Shown here piece after piece: positions 9,821 through 20,340 of a stretch of DNA of 32,000 nt (the first letter of the stretch is position 1; every line of letters begins with the position of its first letter). Position numbers and translations under genes: made by a program. The notes under the pieces were generated by a model. That model was not told the DNA's origin and searched no databases. It saw nothing but the letters and a program-made list of their open reading frames with translations. The stretch comes from Mesoplasma florum L1 (GTDB lineage Bacteria > Bacillota_I > Bacilli_A > Mycoplasmatales > Mycoplasmataceae): contig NC_006055.1 in NCBI RefSeq assembly GCF_000008305.1, positions 420,001 through 452,000 of the forward strand. Direction: 5' to 3'.

Positions 9821-11730
9821 ATTATCTTATAGCTTTTAAATAAGACAAAGATATTATCTAAACCATTTGTGATGTAATATTGTATTTTTAATTTTTTGAG
9901 TGTGTCTATTGTTTCTTTATGAGGAAACTTTTTATTTCCGCCTTCATTTTCACCACTAATTAAAGCAATTTTAGGTTTTATTAAATTAATGAACTCAAAA
10001 CTTGAACTTGTCTTACTCCCATGGTGGCCTATTTGTAAGATATCTACTTTCTTAAGATTTAAGATATAAATAAAATCAATTCTATTCATTAAGTACATTT
10101 CTGTTTCTTTTTCAGCATCTCCCATAAATAAACTTCTTATATTTCCAATATCTACTATTAAAACTAAACTCTTATTATTTTCAGAATTAGCATATGGATT
10201 TATAAAAATATTAATAATAATGTTTTTTATTTTTATAGTGTTTAATATATCTTCATTTAAAATAATTTGCTTTATTTTAAAATTTTCTTTTAAACTGAAT
10301 AAATTATTATAATGGTCTTCATGTGTATGAGAAATAAAAATTAAATCTATTTTATTGATACCTTGATACTTTAAAAAATTACTTACGAGTTCTGGACTTC
10401 TTTGCTTTCCAACTCCAGCATCAAAAATTATAGTTATATTATTCCACTTGTTATGATAAACAAAACTATTACCGTTACCTACATTAAGCATTGTCAAATA
10501 TTCTGAGGGCTTAAATAAAAAGTTTAAAACTAAAAATAAGAAAAATGCAATTATTGAATATATCTTTATTTTTATTGATACTAAATCACAAACAAAGTTT
10601 ATTATTGTTAAATAACCAAATAATATAAAAATAATATTGAAATAACCAACATTTAATATAAGACTTATTCTTTTAAGCAAAATAACTACAGTTAGTAATA
10701 CATCGTATAAATTATTTAATAAATCTTTGTTAATTAAATACACTAATGGCGTAATTCAGTAATATACACTTATTATTGGTGATAATAAAAAAGCGTAAAA
10801 CATCGAAGTACCATTTATTTGATAAGTGAAATATACATTCAATAAATTTAATAGCATAAAGAAGAAAATGAAATTAAAAAGTTTTTTTTCTTTATTAACT
10901 AAAGATCAAAAGAGAATAATTAAAACAATGTATCAAAAACCAGAACTAAAAGCAAAGTTAGGAAAAATTAAAATGATAACGACAATTGAAACAAGATTTT
11001 TTAAATATTTATCAGTTTTTAATGTTTTAAATATATCTAAAATTTGATTAAACATTATCCTTGTAAACATAATAGGTCAACAAGTTAAATAGCTTCATAC
11101 AAACAATATAAAAGTTGAAATGTATTTAAATTTTCTAAGAGTTATTTTATTAAATAATTTAAAGATTAAAAACATATTTATAAAATTAAAATTAATTAAA
11201 TATTTTAAACCCAATTGATTTAATTCAGAAACCATTAAATCACTTGAATCATACTTATTTAAGAAAAGCACATTAATTAATAAAGGAGCATTATTCAAAT
11301 TAAAATGTTTATAAATTAAAACTCTTATATTGAAGTTATTTAATATTTCTAAATTTGATGTTTTAATTTGGTATCTAATATTATCCTTGCTAAGATATTC
11401 TTTAAAATCAAATTCGTAGTAATTAGAAATGCTATTTATTTGATTTACTTTTCCTTTTATGTTTAGTTTCATACCTACAACATAATTATTTTTGTTAGCT
11501 TGTATATAAAATTTTGTATTATTAATTTTAACTATTATGTAATTAGTTTTACATTTTAATATTTTTGCTTTTCCGACTATTTCTTGTTCTTCTTCAAAAC
11601 TATTTGAATTTCAGTATTGATATATCAATAACATTATTATTGCAATAACTATTCAAGCAGTTACGAACAATATTTTTCTTTTGTTTTCTAATCAGGTAAA
11701 TATTAAAAGTATCAAAAGGCTTATAAACAA
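9811..11730 (-). CDS. comEC: ComEC/Rec2-family DNA internalisation protein (start uncertain)
   Basis: One frame is open under code 4 from 11805 to 9811, with many in-frame TGAs. The C-terminal metallo-beta-lactamase domain has FISHTHEDHYNN (HxHxDH) and LQIGHHGSKTS. The middle is polytopic. The N-terminal OB-like segment is VVGMKLNIKGKVNQI...YEFDFKEYLSKDNIRYQI. The first ATG is only at 11632-11634. TTG candidates sit at 11730 and 11715, and I list the one at 11730. Confidence 0.8.
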
Positions 11731-11805
11731 ATAAATTATTTCTTGTGTATAAAAAAATGATACATAGATACAAGTGAAATTAAAAAAATAAAATATAAAA
11801 TAGGT

Positions 11806-12300
11806 TTAAAATGTAATAAGTTTTGAAAGTCCTTTTTCAAATAAGAATTGTTCATTTTTAGATTCACAAAATGCTTTCACCTCACTTTCAATAACAGAAG
11901 AAGGCTTTGCTTGATCAATAATTAAGAATAGTTCAATAGAATATGATGAGCTTAAGTTAAATACTAATAAATCGCTCATTTTTATATTCAGATAATTTAT
12001 TTTTTGAATATATTGATCTTTGATGTCTAAAACTATTTTATCTTGTTTTAAATTTATTTTAATTGGTTCGAACCAATTCAAATTACTGTTAACCTTTTGA
12101 AATTCATTTCAATAATTTTTATAATTATTTTTAGGCAATTTTTTAGGGTATGTAAAATTTTCAATATTTGTTATTAATTCATATCTAATTTGAAAAATAA
12201 ATTCTTCTTTATTGCTAAAATTATCAATACTAAAAAAACTTGTTACAAAAACAAGGATTAAAATGATAGTAAAGGCTATTAAATATTGAAACTTTTTCAT
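11806..12300 (-). CDS. hypothetical membrane-anchored protein (164 aa)
   Basis: Track ORFs 12109..12300 and 11806..12081 share a frame, joined via TGA at 12109-12111. N-terminal TM anchor MKKFQYLIAFTIILILVFVTSFF. TAA at 11806-11808. No family recognised. Confidence 0.55.
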
Positions 12301-12315
12301 ATTAGTTATTAAGGT

Positions 12316-12348
12316 AAAAAAAATAAAAAAATCTACATAAGTAGATTT
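12316..12348 (-). terminator. intrinsic terminator after rbfA
   Basis: Hairpin aaatctac-ataa-gtagattt followed on minus by a long U-run (A-run 12316-12330 on plus). Confidence 0.6.
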
Positions 12349-12356
12349 AATTTTAA

Positions 12357-12707
12357 TTATTTGTTAACTTTATTTAAAATTTCTTCAATTCTATTAGCAT
12401 TCTCCAAACTAGTATCATATTCAAAGAATAAATCTGGTACTGTTCTTGTATTTAATTTATGTGCTAACTTCATACGAATAGTTTTTTTATTTTCTTCAAG
12501 TTCACTTGCTATTAATTCTTTTGTTATTTCTTTATTTAACGGTAAGAATGATCAATAAATTTTAGCTATTTCACTATCATTTGTTAATCTTACTTCAGCA
12601 ATTGAAAGTGCTCTTAAAACATCGTTTTTCATTTCTCTTTCAATAATAATTGTAAGTTCTCTTAAAATTGTAGCTTCTTTTCTACCTTTAATTTTGTGAT
12701 TTGCCAT
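12357..12707 (-). CDS. rbfA: ribosome-binding factor A
   Basis: Missed by the track because of an internal TGA. Translation MANHKIKGRKEATILRELTIIIEREMKNDVLRALSIAEVRLTNDSEIAKIYWSFLP...TIRMKLAHKLNTRTVPDLFFEYDTSLENANRIEEIL fits the RbfA pattern. GAGGTGGA SD present. Confidence 0.85.
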
Positions 12708-12734
12708 AAATCCACCTCGAGTTCTATACTATTA

Positions 12735-13385
12735 TTATAATATTTTTTTCAAGATTTCCAAAATTTCTTTTCCAGCTATTTTAATAAAATCGTTAAATTG
12801 AACATTGTTTGTGTTTTTTTCTCCAATTACATCACTAATAATTTTTATTACACTAAACTCTTTTTCAAACAAATAGGCTGTTTGAGCATATGCAAAACAT
12901 TCCATATCTAAAACACTAATTTTATCTTCAATTTTATTAATAAAATTTTTAACTTGTTCAGTTGAGTGGATAAATATATCTGATGAAGCAATATTTTTTA
13001 TTTTTGCTTTACTGATAGTCTTAATAATATCTTTATTACTTGTTTCATAATATTTTGGCATTCTTGGTACTTGACCATAAGCATAACCAAATGCAGTTGC
13101 ATCAGCAACGCTGTTATAAATTTTATCAATAATTAAAATATCACCTTGTTTCAATTCTTTATCACAACCACCACTAGTTCCAATATTAATTATTGAATCT
13201 ATATCGTATTTACTTAAAATATATGACAATTGAGCAGCTGCATTAACTAAACCAATTCCAGTTATACAAAACATAATTTCTTCATTTTTATAAATTGTAA
13301 ACTTTTCATTTTCAACTTTATTTAATTTGTAAAAAGCAATTGAATCCTGCAATTCTTCATGCATAGCTCCTATAATTAATTTCAT
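12735..13385 (-). CDS. mtnN: 5'-methylthioadenosine/S-adenosylhomocysteine nucleosidase
   Basis: Intact 216-aa ORF with MKLIIGAMHEEL, INIGTSGG and VLDMECFAYAQ motifs typical of Pfs/MtnN. The start overlaps the upstream stop (TAATG). Confidence 0.85.
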   Translation of the reverse strand: MKLIIGAMHEELQDSIAFYKLNKVENEKFTIYKNEEIMFCITGIGLVNAAAQLSYILSKYDIDSIINIGTSGGCDKELKQGDILIIDKIYNSVADATAFGYAYGQVPRMPKYYETSNKDIIKTISKAKIKNIASSDIFIHSTEQVKNFINKIEDKISVLDMECFAYAQTAYLFEKEFSVIKIISDVIGEKNTNNVQFNDFIKIAGKEILEILKKIL

Positions 13386-14494
13386 TATTTTTCTCCTTTT
13401 ACATAAAAGTTATAAGTTTTTAAAAGTTTATCGCCAATAGAATCTATTCCATGAGTTTTAATTGCAACTTCATATTGGTTTATTAGTAATTTAATAAAAC
13501 CATTTTTTAAATTTTTAAAACATTCTTCTCGATAATATTCAACATCTTTATAATCTCGTTCTGAACTAATTTTATCTGCACAAAAAACAATCATATCCAA
13601 TGTTGACATATTTTCACAACCAACAGTGTGATTGTAAACTGCATTAATTATTTCTTCATCTCTTATTAATCAATCATATTTTAAATGAAACGCACCTGTA
13701 TATGAGTGTCAGACAGGTTTTGGTTCAACTAATAATGCTTTTTCATACTTATTAATGTATAAAGCTTGTTTTTCTTCTGATCATCTTTTAGTAATATCAT
13801 GCAATGTACCAGCAACTTTTGCTTGTTGAGGATCTATATTATTAATTTCAGCTAGTTTAGCGGCCATATCTCCAACATTCAAGCAATGTTGATATCTTTC
13901 TTCATCCATAAATGGTTTCATTCTTGTTTGAAGATATAACAAGTGATAATTTATATAATCATTTACTTTAGGTGTTAATAAATTCAACTCTTCAAGATTT
14001 CTTATTTTTGTTGAACTTAAAAAATTGTTATCAAAATGATAAATAGGTAAACTATATTTTATTGCTACATCTTTTTTATATTCATTAGTTCTTTCAAACA
14101 CAATAAAATTAACTAAATTAATAAGTTCGTCAAAATTATTTCATTCTTCTAATCTATCTAAATTATCTGAACCAATAACAAAAGAAAAATCATATTCTGG
14201 ATACATTTTTTTGAAATGTGAAACTGTTTCAAAAGTTGTTGTAACTCTTTGATTGTTCATTTCAAATTGATTAATTTTAATATAATTTTCATCTTCAAAA
14301 ATAAGATTAAGTAAATTTAATCTTTCTTCATTTGAAGTTTTTGTAGACGATTTAAAAGGATTTAAAAATGTAGGTATTATTCAAACTTCTTCATAACCAA
14401 GTTTGTCATGACAAGTTTTTGCCATATTAAAATGATCAGTGTGTACAGGGTCAAAACTTCCACCAAAAAGTGCTATTTTTTTATTATTTTTCAT
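13385..14494 (-). CDS. nadD: fused nicotinate-nucleotide adenylyltransferase (NadD) / YqeK HD-domain hydrolase (369 aa)
   Basis: Single frame under code 4. The N-terminal half has IALFGGSFDPVHTDH (HxGH-type nucleotidyltransferase). The C-terminal half has HCLNVGDMAAKLA...GTLHDITKRW...HSYTGAF...HTVG...FCADKISSERD (YqeK HD domain). Confidence 0.85.
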
Positions 14495-15023
14495 CTTTTC
14501 ATCTTTCGCTCATAATATAGTCTTTACCTTTTTGCACTTCTGTTTTACTTAATGTTGGATAATCTCATTGTCTTAATATTTCATAAGTCACTATCCCTAC
14601 TGTATTAGCAACATTAATGCTTCGAGTTTGAGGTGACATTGGAAGTCTAAAAGTATTTTCATAGTTATCTTTAATAATTTGTTTTGGTATACCTGTAGAT
14701 TCTTTACCAAACATTACAAAAACAGGTTTTTGATATGAATTAAAATCAAAATCACTATGTGGTTTTTCACCATATCTTGAAATACAGAATAAATCAATAC
14801 TTGGATTTTTTTCACAAAAATCTTCTCAATCATCATATAGTTGGTATTCAACTAAATCAAAAGTTCCAGCACTAGCTCTGTTCATTTCTTCTTTTTTAAA
14901 TATAAAACCTAGAGGTTCTATAATATGTAACTTAGCATTTGTAGCAACACAAGTTCTAATTATTGCTGCTACGTTTTGAGCTATTTCTGGCTCATATAAA
15001 ACTATATTAACTTGTCTTTCCAT
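14484..15023 (-). CDS. trmL: SpoU-family tRNA (cytidine/uridine-34 2'-O)-methyltransferase, TrmL-like
   Basis: MERQVNIVLYEPEIAQNVAAIIRTCVATNAKLHIIEPLGF matches the TrmL/CspR N-terminus, and FGKESTGIPKQI is the SPOUT knot. It reads through TGAs to TAA at 14484-14486 and overlaps nadD by 11 nt. Confidence 0.8.
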
Positions 15024-15024
15024 T

Positions 15025-15621
15025 TTATTTAATTTCCTTTTCAATTATTTTTTTAATATCATTCAACGCATAAGCTCTAGCTGAACAATTAATTTTATCT
15101 TCTTCAGTTAAATCTGCACAATAAACATTAAACGGTTCAGGTTTAAAAATATAATCATATCCAAAAGTATGATCTGATACTTTTAATTCCTCACCCATTA
15201 AACCTTTTGTGATTCCTAAAGCTTCAAAACTTTGATTTTCTTCATAATTGCAAATTACAATAGCAGTTTGCATGCTCATGTTTTTATTATCTGAATCTTT
15301 AGTTTTTTGCATTATCATTTTACATATCTCTTTAAAATCAGTTACAGGGTATGCTCATCTTCTTGAATAAACTCCAGGAAAACCATCAAGCGCATCAAAA
15401 AAGTATCCTGTGTCATCTCCAATAGCTCAACCATTGATGTATTTTGATAATGCTTCAGCTTTAATCTTTGCATTTTCCAATAATGTTTCACCGTTTTCTT
15501 CTGGTTCTACATATTCTGGTAAATCTTTAACGCTTTTAATTTCATAATCAGGTAATAATAATTTAAATTCTTTGATTTTACCCTCATTATTGCTAGCTAT
15601 TCATAATTCTTTTTTATTCAT
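15025..15621 (-). CDS. rdgB: RdgB/HAM1-family XTP/dITP diphosphatase
   Basis: MNKKELWIASNNEGKIKEFKLLL, DDTGYFFDALDGFPGVYSRRW and GYDYIF motifs. Fragments are joined through TGAs. Confidence 0.85.
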
Positions 15622-15683
15622 GACTGCCTTTCTGAGATAATTTGATAATATATATTATATATTTTAGAGGTTTAGGTATAAAA

Positions 15684-16445
15684 ATGAAAGCAGTTAGCGG
15701 TTTAAGTAATAAAATAATTGTAAAAGAAAAAGTTTTAGTTAAAGAATCTTATTCATATGTTGATAAATACCTTGACAGAGACAATGAAATAAAAATTTAT
15801 GAGCAATTAAGTAATTTAAAAAATGATTTTATGATAATACCTTTTGAATGAAAAATTAATAAAACACAAATGGTATCTAAAACTGAATTTTTTGATAATG
15901 CCATAACTCTTCACGAAACAGATATCTGTGTTAATAAAATGAAATCAATAATCAAAATAATTAGTAAAATACATAATTTAGAATTGATTGATATAAAGGT
16001 ATTTAATCCTAAAGAATTTTTAAACTTCTTTATTAAAAATACAAAAGAATGCTTATTTGATTTAGACTTTATTAAAGATCAAGTTAATTTAATAATAGAT
16101 AATTATTGAAGTGATAATTCTAAACCAGTCTTTTCTCACAATGACTTAGTAAAAGGAAATTTTATTAATTATAAAAAAGGGTGAAAAATAATTGATTTTG
16201 AATATGCTATGTATAACCACTATTTATTTGATTATGCTAGTTTTATAAGTGAATCTTTAAATAAAAAAAGATGGAATGTATTTTTAAATTTATTAAATTT
16301 ATCTGAAGCAGAATTAAATAAAATAACTAATCTGATCTTATATCAAAATTACTTATGGATTTATTGAGCCAGTTATATGTTTGAACAAACTAATGATCAA
16401 ATTTTTAAAGACATTGCCAAAGAAAAATTTGAAAATATAAAATAA
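15684..16445 (+). CDS. choline/ethanolamine-kinase-like phosphotransferase (APH fold)
   Basis: Fragments 15642..15851 and 15870..16109 plus the tail form one frame under code 4. Brenner motif SHNDLVKGNF and metal-binding IIDFEYA are present. Confidence 0.65.
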
Positions 16446-16473
16446 AATCTTAGCTTTTAACTAAGATTTTTTT
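16444..16473. terminator. bidirectional terminator between convergent genes
   Basis: Hairpin aaaatcttag-cttttaa-ctaagatttt. The last codons and TAA (16450-16452) of the minus-strand PAP2 gene lie inside it. Confidence 0.55.
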
Positions 16474-17559
16474 GTTTACTATTTTATTAACTATAACTAT
16501 AGATAAATAAGAACAAATGATAATTCACATTCAAGTAAATGTTGTATCAGTAAGTCAATGACTTCCGTTAATTAAAAATGATATAACTAAAAATAATTGA
16601 TGTACAAAGAATAAATAAATAGCAGCTATTTTTCCTTTTGATAAATTGTTAGGATTTTTAAAATCAATTATGAAAATGAACGCAAATCCACACATACCCA
16701 TTTGAGCCATGTGACCTGATGGAAAAGCATTAGCATCAAATAATTTATCTAGAGATCAGTCTATTTTATCTGGGTTACCAATTAAACCATTAAATATTCA
16801 TCATGGTTGAAAGACATCAGGTGATTTAACTCAATCTGGATTAAAATTTATAGCTATTCCATATTTTTCTTGAAACATGTTTACTCTTTCTTTTAAAACA
16901 ACTTCCATTAAATTATAGTAATCTCTCCCCATTAATATTTTTAATGTTCCAACTAAACCGTATGCTAAAAAGAAAAAAACAATTATTTGTATACATTTAA
17001 TTCAATATTTATTTTCATAAAAAAATGGTTTTTTAAATCAAACTAATTTTGCATATAATAATATACTCAATAATATCCCAAATTGTAAAACAGCTATAAT
17101 AACTAACATTTTTCTAAAGTCTTTTGCACTAATGAATCTTTTAATATCAAATTTTAATATATCTCCATCAATAGTTTCAACTGTTCTGTTAAATTTTCAT
17201 GAACTATCTACTTTTAAAAACATAAAAATAAATCAAGCAATTAGTATAACTGCAAAAAAGATTCAAGATCAAAAATCTTTATCTAACCCCTTTTTCTTAT
17301 TTAAGTTTATTAAAATATATTCTATGATGATAAAAGCTATTAATGCAAAAACAATATATAAATCTGTATACCCTGATTGTAAATAATAAATTGAAAGATA
17401 TTTTATAAAATCAATTTTTAATAACTGTGCAAATATTTCCATTATTTCATAATCATAAAATGATGAAAATATAAAAAAGAATAAATTTAGTAAAAAAATA
17501 CCTATCAAAGGATAAATAATAAATTTATTTAGTTTGTTTTTTTCCTTTAAAAATTGCAT
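16450..17559 (-). CDS. PAP2-superfamily membrane phosphatase (369 aa)
   Basis: One frame under code 4 from ATG 17557-17559. Polytopic, with motif 2 AFPSGHMAQMG and motif 3 NGSHWLTDT (HxxxD). Motif 1 is degenerate (KILMGRD). Confidence 0.6.
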
Positions 17560-17601
17560 TTTTTGACCGTTCCTTAAACATTCTTAATTTTTATTGTAGA
17601 C

Positions 17602-17617
17602 AAAAAAAAAAAAAAAA
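17602..17617. repeat. A16 homopolymer (T16 on the coding strand of both flanking genes)
   Basis: Counted directly: 9 A in 17602-17610 plus 7 A in 17611-17617. Confidence 0.95.
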
Positions 17618-17645
17618 CACTTTTTTGTCTAAAAAAAGTGTTTTT
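17616..17645 (-). terminator. intrinsic terminator of the AEC transporter gene
   Basis: The minus strand reads aaaaacactttttt-tagac-aaaaaagtgttttt, running directly into the T16 tract. Confidence 0.6.
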
Positions 17646-17651
17646 GGCGAT

Positions 17652-18782
17652 CTATGAGAATAAACCTGTAGCTCCAATTGCTGATGAAATAAGAATTCAA
17701 AGTGGTATTGTAATAATACTTGTTAATATTGTTAAAGTTCCAACATGAGATGCAATTTTTGGTTCTTTATTATAAATAATTGCATAACCTACAATTGTGT
17801 TTGCTGTTGGTGAAGCTATGATTGCAACACATAATACAAATGCTAGTGAAGTGATGCCTTTTCCAATAACTGTTTTAAGTAATAAACTAAATATTATGAA
17901 TAATACAACACATATTAATGGTGTAATTATATTTTTTACAAAAGTAGCTCATCAAACTAATCACGATTGGAAAGATTCTTTAATTTGACTTTTAGCTAAT
18001 ACTGCTCCCATTGAGAATCATGCAAGTGGACTAGCTAATGGAGCTAATATACCTAATACTTGACTTAACCCTGGAATAAATTTATCGATTCTACTTATTG
18101 AATAATATGTGTTATCTATGTGTATTACTTTAACACCTGGAATTAATTGAAATAATCATAAAAATATCCCAATGAATGTAGCTATAATAACAGGATTTTT
18201 AAATACCTTAAGCATACTTATAAATGAAGTCTTCTGCTTTTCTTGTAACAAACTATTTTGTACTTCATTTTCATTATATCTTTTCTTTTTCATAATATTA
18301 TCAGCTGCTGAATACATGAAAATTCAAAAACCAATTAAAAATAATGATGAATATAAATCTATTGATTGTTGTTGATCAGCTGGTGAGATTGCTTTGATAA
18401 TCATTACACCAAAATAAACTGCTGATGAAAAAGCAACACTCATTCCTAAAGTATCTTGTAATGATTTTGATTTACCTATAAAAAAATATTTAGACCCAAA
18501 AGTTAAACTTGTATAAAATATCAAACCTAAAATTGCTATAAAAATAGATTCTCAAATATAATCAGTATTTATATCTATTAAAAAGCTTTTAAGCGCTAAT
18601 GCAGGTAATGCTGCGTATAAAATTATCTTAACAACAACTTTTTCTCAATCAGCAAAAATAAGCGTTTTTCTTTGAAATATAAAACCTATAAAAATAATAA
18701 AAGAGGCAGCTATTAGAATACTTCAAAAATTAAAATTTGATAATACATCTACCATAGCTTTCATTGAACTACTATAAAACAT
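17652..18782 (-). CDS. AEC (auxin efflux carrier)-family transporter (376 aa)
   Basis: One frame under code 4. GGAG lies upstream of the ATG at 18780-18782. About 10 TM helices. The N-terminal ...KIILYAALPALALKSFL and the C-terminal ASPTANTIVGYAIIYNKEPKIASHVGTLTILTSIITIPLW resemble AEC signatures. Confidence 0.6.
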
Positions 18783-18849
18783 TTTTTTCTCCAAAACTAT
18801 ATTTATAATAATTATAAAGTATTAATAATTTGATAAGTTATATAAATAT

Positions 18850-18875
18850 AAAAAAATGAACCATTGGTTCATTTA
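18850..18875 (-). terminator. intrinsic terminator after the peptidase gene
   Basis: Palindrome tgaacc-att-ggttca with an A-run on plus (U-run on minus). Confidence 0.55.
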
Positions 18876-18877
18876 AA

Positions 18878-19951
18878 TTAAAATTTAAGTTTTACTAATT
18901 CTCTTGTTGCTGAAGTTAGCATTCTATAACCATCTTTTAAAACTAAGATATCATCTTCAATTCTAACTCCACCTAAACCTGGAATGTAAATTCCTGGTTC
19001 AATTGTTAAAGTCATGTTTTCTTTTAAAATAGTATTTCCTGCAGCTGATGCATATGGTTCTTCATGTATTTCAACTCCATAACCATGACCTAAACCATGA
19101 GTAAAGTATCCACCATATCCTCTTTTTTCAATGAAATCATAAACTTGTTTATGTATTTCACCAGCATTAACACCTTCTGAAACTAAACTTATTCCTAAAG
19201 ATTGTGCTTCATAAACTGCATTATAAATGTCTTCTAATTTTGCATCTATTTCACCAATTGCTATAGTTCTAGTTTGATCTGAGCAATATCCATTGTAATA
19301 ACAACCCATATCAATAGTTACAAGATCTCCAATTTCAATTTTTTTGTCAGTTGGAACAGCATGAGGCATACTTCCATTAACACCAGATGCAATGATTGTG
19401 TCAAATGATATTTTTTCAGCACCTTTTACTAAAAATTCATTATCAACGAATCTTTGTAATTCTTTTTCAGTCATTCCTGGTTTTACATATTCAAGAATAG
19501 CTTCAAAAACTTCATTAGTTATATCACAAGCTTTTTGTAGTTGTTCAATTTCTCATTCATCCTTAACAATTCTAATTTCTGAACAATTAATAGGAACTAA
19601 AGTTTGTTCTGTAAAAATAGATGCATATTTTTCAAATTCTGCATAATGAACTCAATCAGATTCAAATCCTAATTTTTTAACATTATGTTCTTTTAGTATT
19701 TCTTTCATTTGAACAAATAAATTGTTTGAAAATTCTCTTATTTCAATATCTTTTGGAATGTTATTTGAATTTCTTGCAGCTGTTATATATCTTCCATCAA
19801 CTAATAAATAGCTTTTTGTTTTTGTTATCAATAAGTAACCTAATGAAGACTTAAATCTTGAAAATCAATATCTATTTTCAGGTGAATAAAATAAAATAGC
19901 TTCAGCTGAATTTGATTCTAATAATTTATTTACTATTTCTTGTTTTTTCAT
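18878..19951 (-). CDS. pepP: M24-family Xaa-Pro aminopeptidase/dipeptidase
   Basis: The C-terminal half has DMGCYYNGYCSDQTRT, HGLGHGYGVEIHEEP and GGVRIEDDILV (pita-bread metal ligands). The N-terminal creatinase-like domain is joined through TGAs. GGAG lies upstream of the ATG at 19949-19951. Confidence 0.9.
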
Positions 19952-20014
19952 ACTTACTCCTTGTTTTGTTATATATTATTTTGTCATTAAATAAAAAAAA
20001 ATAAAATAGTTAAA

Positions 20015-20158
20015 CTATTTTTTTTGTTTATGTAATTCGTGTTTGTTGCAGTTACTGCAGAATTTTTTAACTTCTATTTTTTCTTTTTTCTTATCGTTTT
20101 TACCAATGTAATTTTCATTTTTACATTCTGTACAACGTAGAATATATTTTTCACGCAT
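20015..20158 (-). CDS. rpmG: 50S ribosomal protein L33
   Basis: Not in the track (47 aa). Translation is [47 protein letters not shown], with the CxxC...CxxC zinc ribbon of L33. GAGGTGA SD present. The stop sits in a terminator hairpin (about 19992-20025). Confidence 0.9.
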
Positions 20159-20340
20159 AAACGTCACCTCACTAAACTTTTCTTGTATAGATACAATATC
20201 TATTTAATATTATCAACCTTTCTACTTTTTTACAAGTTAGATAGTCAATAAATTTATTATTAAAGATTAATTTGCTTATTTTAGATGATTTATAGTAAAA
20301 TATTAATAATGATTTTAATCATTTATCTTAAGGAGGAATT

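Noticed and set aside
10826-11047. 73-aa plus-strand ORF, and similar plus-strand ORFs at 164..403, 626..880, 1830..2045, 12361..12558, 17132..17386, 19392..19646, 27560..27898 and 29441..29677
   Set aside because: All are antisense to minus-strand genes with homology or continuous code-4 frames. They have no SD and show the low-complexity composition typical of AT-rich antisense frames.
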